Source: Planctomycetota bacterium (lineage in GTDB: Bacteria; Planctomycetota; GCA-002687715; DRQF01). From it: DNA of 61,246 bases. Location: contig JAZGFI010000145.1 of assembly GCA_036479435.1 (NCBI GenBank), positions 1 through 61,246 on the forward strand, read 5' to 3'. Both the position numbers and the translations under genes were made by a program. Positions 38,446-47,232 of this stretch are shown here, in pieces. The notes beneath the pieces were generated by a model that saw only the letters and a program-made list of their open reading frames with translations, had not been told where the DNA came from and ran no database searches. Each line of letters opens with the position of its first letter. The stretch's first letter is position 1.

Positions 38446-40617
38446 TCATGAAGAGTGTCCCTGTCGGCTGTAGCTAACGGTGACGTCCGAAACCGAGGGC
38501 AACAGATCGCCGATCGCGGTGACGGGCGGCGGGGGAAAGTTCGTGTTGATCTCGAGCCTAAAGAAGCGGTAGCCGTTCAGTTGCGAGATGTTCGCCAAGG
38601 TGACGGCCGCCGACATCAGCGGAACGCCTCCGCTGGTCGTCATCGTCGTGGCTGCGGTGCCCGGGACCTCCGGGTTTTCGGCGAGCCCTCGGACGAAGAC
38701 CTCGGCCGTACCGGTTAGCCCATTGTTGAAGATCGCCGACGCCGAGGTGTAGTTCGTAGAGATGGAGCCGGTGTCAATCGGGTCGGAGATGGCGAGACCT
38801 GAGACCTTGCCTAGAAACTGGAAGGCGCGCGGCAAGATCTCATCACTGATGAGGAGGGAGAGAGCGGAGGTCAGCAATGCGGAAGCATTGCTGTCTTCGA
38901 GCTGGATGACGCCATCGCCACCCATGCCTCCGGCACTATCTGTACTGCCGCCCGTTCCTCCGGCACCACCTCGGGTTTGCAAGATGTCGGTCACGCCGAA
39001 TGAGATTTCGTCGAAAGTTTGGATCAGAATGGAGCCTCCCGAGCCTCCGCCGCCCTTGCCCGGAATAACAACGGAACCGCCATCGCCGCCCTGGCAGTTG
39101 AGTTGAACCAAGGAGCCCAGCGTGATGGTGCCTCCAGCGGAAATACGAAGACCACCGCCTCCGCCACCGCCCGCCGCCCCGGGCCGGTCAAAGATCACGG
39201 AACCGGTTATTAAGCTGTCGCCGCCGCCGCCCCCACCCCGCGTGAGCATGGTGGGGGCGGCGCCCAAGCTACCGCCGGGGGCGCCGTCGCGACCGTTGCA
39301 GTCGAGAATCGTGCCGCCTCCGATGTCGATCGTACCGCTGGCGCGAATGCCAACCGAGAAATTACTTTCTCCCGGCAGTTCATCTGTGGTGCTGGTGAAG
39401 GAAAGCGTGAATCCGGGTGTGGCGCTGGGGTTGATGCTGAGGTCAGTGAAGTCGTCGGTGTTGATGACCATCGGCGTCGAAATCAGTCCCGTACCCAAGG
39501 CGCCCGTGCCGACGACGTCGATCGGGAAAGTCGCATCGACCGTGCCGGTGCCAGCCCAAACAATGGCTGAACCCTGTGGGATCTCCGCGAGGTTATCAGT
39601 GGTGCTGAAGTCCTCATTGAAGGTGAACAACTGATCGTCAAGTTGATCAATGACTGTGAACTGGAGTTCGCCGGGTTGGGTCGAAAGCAAGTTTTGGCTG
39701 AAGTCACTGATGTTGAGCAGGCGAATTTCGTAGACGTCGCCGTCGGCCAACTCAGAGGTCGTCGTCAAGGTCAAGCGTGCTAACGAGACGCCGGGGATTG
39801 CGCCGATCTGATGGAATTGGATTGAGGCTATCGCCACCGGAATCTCAACGCCGGGGTTCGCGGAGAGGTTGAGGATTTGTATGCCACCCGGGTTCGATTC
39901 ATCGCTGAAGGAGCTCTCCACGATCGCTTCGTTGAAGTCGATGACGATACGCGAAGCGCTGCCCCCGATGGCGATGGCCGTCGGATCAATCATGGGCGTG
40001 GTGGCGTCGAGCGCCGGCGGCGTGTTGGGAATGATCATCGGAGGCCCTGGAACCGCGTCGAAGAGCAGTGGACTGTCGGGGTCGCAGTCGCCGACCACGA
40101 ACTGCGCACTCGCTGATTGCGAAAGAGGCAGGCCGCCAATCATGACCACGTCTATGTTGCCTCCCTGTGATTTGGGCAGAAAAACCCCGTAGGTTGCATT
40201 CGGAGTGAGCCCTGCGCTGCAAGGGTCTGATAGGTCCATCGGTACGAAAGCAGAAAACACCGCGATGTTGTTGTTGGCGCCTTCGATTGACCATCTGCCT
40301 TGGGCTGGGGCTGAAGTCGCGACATCGGCGATCGTGATGCTTCCGAGTGCCGGACCATCGGCGGGTAAGGACGCCGCGGAAACGGGGCCTAAGAAGAAAA
40401 AGCGAATCTCCGCATTTGGGAAGGCCCCGGGAGGTGTCGAGGGAAGCACGATGAGTCCATCTTGGACGAGATCCTGAGCTATTCCCGAAACGGTGATGCG
40501 GTCGAGGACGGCGTCGCCAGGGCCGAACTGGCGGCCAGAGCTACCTCCGGTACAAGCGGTGGCCAGGGCTAGCAACAGGCAAGCCGCAATCAGTCGGCGC
40601 AGGTCCGTGAATTTCAT
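38446..40617 (-). CDS. Glycine-rich surface lipoprotein (paralogue B, 723 aa), internally deleted duplicate of paralogue A
   Basis: Lipobox ATAC. Collinear with 35387-38014 and nearly identical at the C-terminus, but lacks 14-aa and about 138-aa segments. Confidence 0.82.
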   Translation of the reverse strand: MKFTDLRRLIAACLLLALATACTGGSSGRQFGPGDAVLDRITVSGIAQDLVQDGLIVLPSTPPGAFPNAEIRFFFLGPVSAASLPADGPALGSITIADVATSAPAQGRWSIEGANNNIAVFSAFVPMDLSDPCSAGLTPNATYGVFLPKSQGGNIDVVMIGGLPLSQSASAQFVVGDCDPDSPLLFDAVPGPPMIIPNTPPALDATTPMIDPTAIAIGGSASRIVIDFNEAIVESSFSDESNPGGIQILNLSANPGVEIPVAIASIQFHQIGAIPGVSLARLTLTTTSELADGDVYEIRLLNISDFSQNLLSTQPGELQFTVIDQLDDQLFTFNEDFSTTDNLAEIPQGSAIVWAGTGTVDATFPIDVVGTGALGTGLISTPMVINTDDFTDLSINPSATPGFTLSFTSTTDELPGESNFSVGIRASGTIDIGGGTILDCNGRDGAPGGSLGAAPTMLTRGGGGGGDSLITGSVIFDRPGAAGGGGGGGLRISAGGTITLGSLVQLNCQGGDGGSVVIPGKGGGGSGGSILIQTFDEISFGVTDILQTRGGAGGTGGSTDSAGGMGGDGVIQLEDSNASALLTSALSLLISDEILPRAFQFLGKVSGLAISDPIDTGSISTNYTSASAIFNNGLTGTAEVFVRGLAENPEVPGTAATTMTTSGGVPLMSAAVTLANISQLNGYRFFRLEINTNFPPPPVTAIGDLLPSVSDVTVSYSRQGHSS

Positions 40618-41041
40618 CCGTCAAACATCTCCCAGGTTTTTGGCCATCCCTTCCCAAGGATGACACAGGTTTTTGTTGCGAAGCTTCGTTGGGTTTAGTT
40701 GTCGTCGACGTCAGCAGAAACGACCTTCGATGAGATCGCGGAAAGCGAACTCTGCGATAGTCCAGGGTTTGGACAGCAGGAAAGTCGAGGATCCACTCAG
40801 CCGAGGGGGTCAGTAGACGGAGCCCTGTTAGAAAGCGGTGTTTTATTCTGCATGATGTCTCAGCGGCGCTTGGATATCTCAAAACACTGCAATAGTTCGA
40901 AATGATAACCTGTTTTCGGCCCCGCCGGCCGCCCCAGGCCGGAGACTCTGCGGCGCCTTTTTGTTGCGTCTCCGGGCCTCGCTACGATCCGAGGTTCTGG
41001 AAAGCCCCGGCCCCCATTCGCAGGAGCAAAAGCCCGCCCTC

Positions 41042-43672
41042 ATGACCTCCCCCATGATGCAACAGTGGCACGCCGCCAAAAAACAGCATGAAGACGGATT
41101 GCTGTTTTTCAGAATGGGGGACTTTTACGAGTTCTTTCACCGAGACGCCGAGCGCGCGTCTGAGTTGCTCGGGCTGACGTTGACGGCAAGGTCGAAGGGG
41201 CCGGACTCGATCCCGATGGCGGGGATTCCAGTTAAGACCATGAAGAGCTACGTGCGCAAGCTCGTCGAGCAGGGTGAAAAAGTCGTCATCTGCGAACAGG
41301 TGGAAGATCCGGCGGAAGCCAAGGGGATCGTCGAGCGCCAGATAACGCGCATTATCACTCCGGGCACGATTACCGAGGACGATTCACTCTCTGCCGTCGA
41401 GAATAACTTCCTGCTCTCGATGTCCTTCGTCGAAGATGAAGCAGGGCTAGCTTGGGTCGATCTTTCCACCGGCCAGTTTCAACTGAAATCAGTATCGCAA
41501 TCTCGAGCGCTCGATGAAGTGTTGGCTCTGGATGCGGCCGAGCTGTTGTTGCCTGAGTCCTTGTGGCTCGAAGGCGAAGACTCCGAGGCCCTCCGCGCTG
41601 CGATCTCGGCTCCCGTCACCCCTAGGCCTGATTGGAGTTTTGACCGCGATACCGCAAGTCGCGAATTGAATCGTCACTTCAAGACCAAGAAACTCGATGG
41701 CTTCGGCGTCGACGAAGAGACCCATGCCGCTCTCGGTGCCGCTGGTGCCGCCCTTGAATATCTGTTGGAAACTCAACGGGGGGCCATCGGTCAGCTCAGG
41801 CCTCCTCGCGTGGTCGACGCCGGGCTGCATATGCCCCTCGATCGCGCGACCGCGAGCTCTTTGGAACTCACTAAGACGCTGCGCGACGGCTCCCGCCGCG
41901 GATCCTTGCTGGGGACTCTCGACAAAACCTCCACGGCGATGGGCGCGCGTCTGCTGAAACGTTGGGTTTTGGAACCTTTGGTTTCTCTGCCCGAAATCCA
42001 CCGCCGCCAAGATGCCGTCGCCGAGCTTTTCGACGAACGAGATCGCGCCGACGACCTAAAAGCCACTCTTCGCGACGTCCTTGACCTGGAACGTCTTTCC
42101 GCCCGCGTGGGATGTGGCCGGGCTCATCCGCGTGACTTATCTGCGCTGCGTCAGTCACTGGGCAGGCTCCCGCGGTTTGCGCAGGTGCTCGAATCCTGTG
42201 AAGCGCCGCTGTTGACGGAGCTTCGGACGAACCTCCCCGATCTTTCGGACCTGGCGGCTCAACTCGAGCGAGCCTTGGTCGACGAGCCACCCTTGGCGGT
42301 GACGGAGGGCGGGATCTTTCGCGACGAATACCATGAAGAGCTCTCGGAACTGCGTTCGTTAGGGCAAGAAGGCAAGGGCTTCATCGCGAGTTTTCAGGCT
42401 CGGGAGTGCGAGGCCACCGGTATTGCGAATCTGAAGATCGGGTTCAATCGAGTCTTCGGCTACTACTTGGAGGTCACGAATTCTCAGCGCGACAAAGTCC
42501 CCGAGCGCTACTTGCGCAAGCAGACGCTTAAGAATGCCGAGCGCTACATCACTCCCGAACTGAAGGACTACGAAGACAAAGTTCTGCACGCCGAAGAGCG
42601 TGGCAAAAAACTCGAACACGAGTTGTTCACAGAGTTGCGCGCCGTCACCGAAAAGCGACTTGGCGATCTTCAGCGCACTGCCGACATCGTCGCGATCGCT
42701 GACGTTCTGCAATCGATGGCGCGCCTCGCCAAAGATGCGGGATGGGTGCGGCCAGAAGTCGACGACGGCAAGACCTTCGAAATTGAAGAAGGCTGCCATC
42801 CCGTCGTTTCGCGCCAAAGTAACGACGATCCCTTCGTGCCGAACGATCTCGATCTTTCCAAAGACCGCCGGATGATGTTGATCACCGGCCCCAACATGGC
42901 CGGAAAGTCGACCTATATCCGCCAAGTTGCGTTGATTGCCCTTATGGCGCAGATGGGCTCTTTCGTGCCGGCGAGGCGGGCGCGTTTGGGGGTCGTGGAT
43001 CGCGTCTTTACCCGAGTTGGGGCCAGTGACGATTTGGCACACGGGAGTTCGACTTTCATGGTCGAGATGCTCGAAGTCGCCAACATCCTGAACAATGCCA
43101 CTGACCGAAGTCTGGTGATCCTCGACGAAGTCGGTCGTGGCACCAGCACTTGCGATGGCCTCTCCTTGGCCTGGGCCATCACGGAGGGCCTTGCGCGGGA
43201 TACTCGTTGCAAGACCCTTTTCGCGACGCACTACCACGAACTTACTGAGATCGCGCATCGGCTTGACGGGGTGGTGAATTACAACGTCGCCGTACGCGAG
43301 TGGGGTGACGAGATTGTCTTTTTGCATCGCATCGTCGAGGGGGGAACGGACAAGAGTTACGGCATTCACGTCGCTCGCTTGGCTGGCATCCCCAGCGAGA
43401 TTCTCAAGGCGGCGCGAGAACGGCTCGATGAACTTGAGGCTCGTGACGAGGCCGTCCTCAACGCCGCTCGCGCCTTAGTCGATGGCGAAGAACAGTTGTC
43501 TCTTTTCGCGGAGCCGACCCTGGCTTCGCCCGCCCCAGTTGCGAGCTTAGTTCCGCCGGTACCGACCGTCCCTAATCCCATTCTCGAAAAACTTGCCGCT
43601 TTTGATCCTGATTCCAGCACGCCCCTCGAGGCGCTCGCTTTCCTCGCAGAGCTACGCAAGAGCCTCCCCTAG
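41042..43672 (+). CDS. mutS: DNA mismatch repair protein MutS
   Basis: SPMMQQW, FFRMGDFYEFF, ITPGT, GFNRVFGYY, TGPNMAGKSTY, TRVGASDDL..G.STFMVEM, LDEVGRGTST, FATHYHEL, SYGIHVARLAG. Confidence 0.97.
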   Translation: MTSPMMQQWHAAKKQHEDGLLFFRMGDFYEFFHRDAERASELLGLTLTARSKGPDSIPMAGIPVKTMKSYVRKLVEQGEKVVICEQVEDPAEAKGIVERQITRIITPGTITEDDSLSAVENNFLLSMSFVEDEAGLAWVDLSTGQFQLKSVSQSRALDEVLALDAAELLLPESLWLEGEDSEALRAAISAPVTPRPDWSFDRDTASRELNRHFKTKKLDGFGVDEETHAALGAAGAALEYLLETQRGAIGQLRPPRVVDAGLHMPLDRATASSLELTKTLRDGSRRGSLLGTLDKTSTAMGARLLKRWVLEPLVSLPEIHRRQDAVAELFDERDRADDLKATLRDVLDLERLSARVGCGRAHPRDLSALRQSLGRLPRFAQVLESCEAPLLTELRTNLPDLSDLAAQLERALVDEPPLAVTEGGIFRDEYHEELSELRSLGQEGKGFIASFQARECEATGIANLKIGFNRVFGYYLEVTNSQRDKVPERYLRKQTLKNAERYITPELKDYEDKVLHAEERGKKLEHELFTELRAVTEKRLGDLQRTADIVAIADVLQSMARLAKDAGWVRPEVDDGKTFEIEEGCHPVVSRQSNDDPFVPNDLDLSKDRRMMLITGPNMAGKSTYIRQVALIALMAQMGSFVPARRARLGVVDRVFTRVGASDDLAHGSSTFMVEMLEVANILNNATDRSLVILDEVGRGTSTCDGLSLAWAITEGLARDTRCKTLFATHYHELTEIAHRLDGVVNYNVAVREWGDEIVFLHRIVEGGTDKSYGIHVARLAGIPSEILKAARERLDELEARDEAVLNAARALVDGEEQLSLFAEPTLASPAPVASLVPPVPTVPNPILEKLAAFDPDSSTPLEALAFLAELRKSLP

Positions 43673-43687
43673 CCTCTTAGCTCGCGC

Positions 43688-44764
43688 CTAACGGTCGCTC
43701 GATTCAAACACGATGATGCCTATCGAAGTGAAGACCGCGATCGGCAACCAGGCCCCCAGCAAAGGGCTGATGATGTCTCCTTGTCCGCCCAGTCGAACAA
43801 ATATCTGCGTGGTGGCAAAATAGGCCAGAGACAAGATCAAGCACGCGCTGAGGCCCGCGAAGACGTTGCGCCGCGACCCGCGCATGACGAAAGGCAGGCC
43901 GATCAAGAGCAAGACAAAGCAGGTAAAAGGATAGGCGACATGGGCGTGCATCTCGGTGGCGATGCGATGATCATCCTGCCGCCGATCGTGTTGGAGCCGA
44001 AGTTCATTGAAACTCATGCGCCGGATGCGTCGCCGCTCGGGCAACAGATCCAGGAGTTGAAGATCTGATATGGCTTCGAATCGGGTGGTTGCGGGGCTTC
44101 GACTTGGGTGGTCATCGGGATTCGTGCACACTCCCCGAAACTGACCTCGTGGCTTCCCTTCGTGCCAGGTCAAAAGATCGAAGTTGAGGTTTGTGGAGCC
44201 CTGTTTCGTTTGCAAGTGGACATCGCGTAGCTCTTTGGTCTCGCGATTCCAGGTTCGAAAAATGACGACGTTGTCGAAGGAATCCCGAATCAAGCCCATG
44301 CGGTCATCGATGGGGTTCTCGCTGCCGCGCAAGCGCCTCGCGACGAGGTCCATCTCTTCAAGATGCCGAGGAATGTACTGCTCTTTGACCGCAGCGAGAC
44401 CGAGGGCGGCCACGGCCGTCGCCACAAACAATGGGGCCGTCACGCGCAATCGGCTGACGCCCACAACGTACATGGGCACGAGCTCGTTGTTGCGGTTTAG
44501 ATGGTGCAGGGTGTACATCGCGCCAAAAAGAAGCGCGTAGGGCCCCAATAGCACCATGATTTCTGGCAAATGGAGAACGTAGTAACGAAAAAATCCCTGG
44601 GCGAGATTCTGCCCCACGGCCCCGAAAGATTCGCGCGCCTTCGCGATGTAGCGGATATGCGTAAGAAAGTGGACGATCAGGTAAAGGCCAACCATGAAGA
44701 CGATGGTTGATCCCACGGCGACGCCGAAAATTCGAAAGACGTATCGATCGAGAGTCTTCAACAC
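43688..44764 (-). CDS. lptG: LptF/LptG family permease (LptG-like)
   Basis: KTLDRYV, L.RNNEL......GVS..R...P, 3+3 TM helices around a periplasmic domain, GAWLP. Confidence 0.8.
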   Translation of the reverse strand: MLKTLDRYVFRIFGVAVGSTIVFMVGLYLIVHFLTHIRYIAKARESFGAVGQNLAQGFFRYYVLHLPEIMVLLGPYALLFGAMYTLHHLNRNNELVPMYVVGVSRLRVTAPLFVATAVAALGLAAVKEQYIPRHLEEMDLVARRLRGSENPIDDRMGLIRDSFDNVVIFRTWNRETKELRDVHLQTKQGSTNLNFDLLTWHEGKPRGQFRGVCTNPDDHPSRSPATTRFEAISDLQLLDLLPERRRIRRMSFNELRLQHDRRQDDHRIATEMHAHVAYPFTCFVLLLIGLPFVMRGSRRNVFAGLSACLILSLAYFATTQIFVRLGGQGDIISPLLGAWLPIAVFTSIGIIVFESSDR

Positions 44765-44765
44765 T

Positions 44766-45842
44766 CTAGCCCCTCAGGGCGCGGCCCAAAGTGAACAGCG
44801 TGGCAATCGCGATGAGCGAGTTGCCAATCCATAGTGCCAACCACACCGGCAAGGTGCCGCTGCGCGCGAGCCCCATGCCCATGAACATGGGAGCGTAGCC
44901 CAGGATGAGCACAATCAAAAACCCGATGCCGAAACAAAGGGCGCGGTTGGACTGGCGTAACACCACGCCCAAAGGAGCGCCGAGGAGGGCAAACAGAAAC
45001 ACCGAGAAGGCCGTCGCCGCGCGGCGGTGAAGCTCGGCGAGGTTTTCGCGCCGTTCCTCTAGCTCCGGGTCTCGCTGCGAACGAGTGAGCAGTTCCTCGT
45101 AGCTTCGATGGCTAACTTTGCGCCGCGGTGGCCCCCGATCGCTGAGTGCGCCCAAGTCGAGCGTCACCATGAGCATTTCCGAAGCGAGCTGGTCGGAGCG
45201 CCGAAATCCCTTCAACTCCAATTCGAGTTGGCCGCGCGCGACCTGGAGTCGGGGGATCGCCTCGTGAGCGCGCGTGATCACCGGGCCCGAAGGCCTAAGC
45301 TCCGTGACCACAACATCCCGCAGGACGCGGTAGCCTTCGGCGTCCTTGCCGCTTTCAGCCCATTCGCAGATAAACTTGGAATCTTCGATGCGCCGATTGT
45401 CCTCGGCGAGCATCGCTTCGAGACTCTCGGCCAAGTATTGACGTCCAATGCGTCTTTGGGCGTAGTCGGCGCCGGGCATGACCTCGTCTTGGAGAAAAGC
45501 CAGGGCGAGGGTGCCTACCGCGCCCAATAGGGCGGCGGGTAAAAACAAATGGTAGAGGTGGACGCCGCAGCCGCGCATGGCGGACAACTCACCGTCGCCG
45601 CGAGCGCGAGCGTAGGTCCAAAGAGTGGCGGTGAAAATGCTAAGCGGAATGATCACGTCTAAGCGCGGGATACAAAGGTAGCCTACGATCTGAAAAATCG
45701 TGGTGATCCGTAGCGTGGCGAATCCGGATTTCAGAGTCGTGATCGAAAAGACGAGCATTACGATCAAAGACGCCAACACCGCGAAAGTAAAAGCGGTATT
45801 GAGCACGAGTTCGCGGGTGAGATAACGTTGAAGGATCTTCAA
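44766..45842 (-). CDS. lptF: LptF/LptG family permease (LptF-like)
   Basis: KILQRYL.RE, DGELSAMRGCGV....L..P, ELHRR.A, LGAPLG, ALW.GN. Confidence 0.85.
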   Translation of the reverse strand: MKILQRYLTRELVLNTAFTFAVLASLIVMLVFSITTLKSGFATLRITTIFQIVGYLCIPRLDVIIPLSIFTATLWTYARARGDGELSAMRGCGVHLYHLFLPAALLGAVGTLALAFLQDEVMPGADYAQRRIGRQYLAESLEAMLAEDNRRIEDSKFICEWAESGKDAEGYRVLRDVVVTELRPSGPVITRAHEAIPRLQVARGQLELELKGFRRSDQLASEMLMVTLDLGALSDRGPPRRKVSHRSYEELLTRSQRDPELEERRENLAELHRRAATAFSVFLFALLGAPLGVVLRQSNRALCFGIGFLIVLILGYAPMFMGMGLARSGTLPVWLALWIGNSLIAIATLFTLGRALRG

Positions 45843-45846
45843 CTGT

Positions 45847-47115
45847 CTATTTGAACCGCTTCAGGCCTTCTCGCAAGAGTACCTGGGTCTCGGCTTCATT
45901 CTTCGTGATCTGGGGGTCGGTGTAACCACCGTCCGGGAACTTCAAGTAGGCTTCGATCGTGCCCGTGACGAGCTTGTCGAGCAGCTCATCGACCATCGAC
46001 TTGGCATCGGAGTGTCGACCGTCGCGGATGGCCTTTCGCACTTCGTTCTTGCGGACTCCCATGGCGGCTTGGCTTTTGCCCCACACTCGATCGCGCATGC
46101 TGGTCAGCTCTTCTAAATAGATCGACTCGACTGTGGAGTCGACGCCGTGCAGGGCATCCCAAGCCAAGCGGAACTCGCGGTCTGCGCTTTTTCGTTTGCT
46201 CCAGACCAACTCGTTTACCTTGGCCTCAACCGCGGCCAGCGCTCGGCGCTCCACAGACATCGTGGCGTCGGCCTCGATTTGTTCGAGGATGTCCTCGGCG
46301 TCGGCGAGCTCTGGAGAATTCGGGTACTTGGCGATGAAGGCTTTGGCGGCTTTCATGTTGCCTTCGACGTCGTTCGGTTTGTTGCGTCGGCGATTCTTGA
46401 GCCGAATGAAGTCCTGCTGCGACTGTTGCGCAACTCTTGTGGTCTTGAACTTCATTTTGGTGTCGCCGACGAGCTTGCGGAGCTTTTTGATCTCGCGGCG
46501 TGTTTTCTGCTCCAAGCCCTCGCGCTTTGAGATCGTGGCGATCGTCTTTTCAGCGGCGGCGATGCTGTCGTCGTTGGGGTCGCGTTCGAGCTCAACGCGG
46601 GCGTTTTTGACCAGGGTGTAGTTCGATGCTTTTTTGGGCTCAGAGTTGCTGAAGGCGATCCAGCCGATAAGCCCAAGAATCAATAAGGCCCCGATCGCGA
46701 TTGCGGCCATACCGGCGCCGCCAGCTTTGCTCTCCCAAGTGTCGCGGCGGTAGTGGCTGCGCGACGTGCGCTCGATGTTAGTTTTTTTGCCCCCGCGAGC
46801 CTTACCGCGACCAGCGGCAGCGCGCTTCGGGCCGCCGCCGATGTAAGTCATTCGGATCTCGCCGATTTCGACCGTGTCGCCATTTTGGAAAGTGTGGGAG
46901 TTGACTTGGCTGCCGTTCACCATCGTGCCGGACTTGGTTTCCATGTCGATGAGCTGGAAGCCGCCGCGGACCTTTTTCACCGCAATATGGACGTTCGAGA
47001 TGCCTTCGTCATTGAGGACCAGGTCAGCATCCGGACCAGAGCCGATGGTGAATTCCTCGTCGACGATCTCGTAGATCTTGTCCTGACCGTCTTGAGTGAT
47101 GATCAGTTTGGCCAT
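45847..47115 (-). CDS. FHA-domain (degenerate) membrane protein with helical extracytoplasmic domain
   Basis: FTIGSGPDADLVL....ISNVH...LIDMETKSGTMVNG...GDTVEIG, one TM helix, charged helical C-terminal part. Confidence 0.8.
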   Translation of the reverse strand: MAKLIITQDGQDKIYEIVDEEFTIGSGPDADLVLNDEGISNVHIAVKKVRGGFQLIDMETKSGTMVNGSQVNSHTFQNGDTVEIGEIRMTYIGGGPKRAAAGRGKARGGKKTNIERTSRSHYRRDTWESKAGGAGMAAIAIGALLILGLIGWIAFSNSEPKKASNYTLVKNARVELERDPNDDSIAAAEKTIATISKREGLEQKTRREIKKLRKLVGDTKMKFKTTRVAQQSQQDFIRLKNRRRNKPNDVEGNMKAAKAFIAKYPNSPELADAEDILEQIEADATMSVERRALAAVEAKVNELVWSKRKSADREFRLAWDALHGVDSTVESIYLEELTSMRDRVWGKSQAAMGVRKNEVRKAIRDGRHSDAKSMVDELLDKLVTGTIEAYLKFPDGGYTDPQITKNEAETQVLLREGLKRFK

Positions 47116-47232
47116 GAATCTTCTCTTTTCTTCGAATCGAGGGCTGAATGCGCGTACGAGTCTCTAGCTCAAAAACCAGAGCCGTCGCGCAGATTGTGAC
47201 GAGATCTAAGCTGGGATCAACGGTTTCAGAGC

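Noticed and set aside
35387..38930. Diversity-generating retroelement TR/VR pair (near-identical 3' ends, RT-encoding intron type nearby)
   Set aside because: Differences include non-adenine changes (for example coding CCCTG vs TGTTG) and are mostly synonymous. Homology spans whole genes, and no DGR RT or avd is present.
40618..41040. Riboswitch or ncRNA in the long intergenic region before mutS
   Set aside because: Some pairing potential, but no motif I can recognise (c-di-GMP, SRP, tRNA). An Rfam cmscan would be needed.
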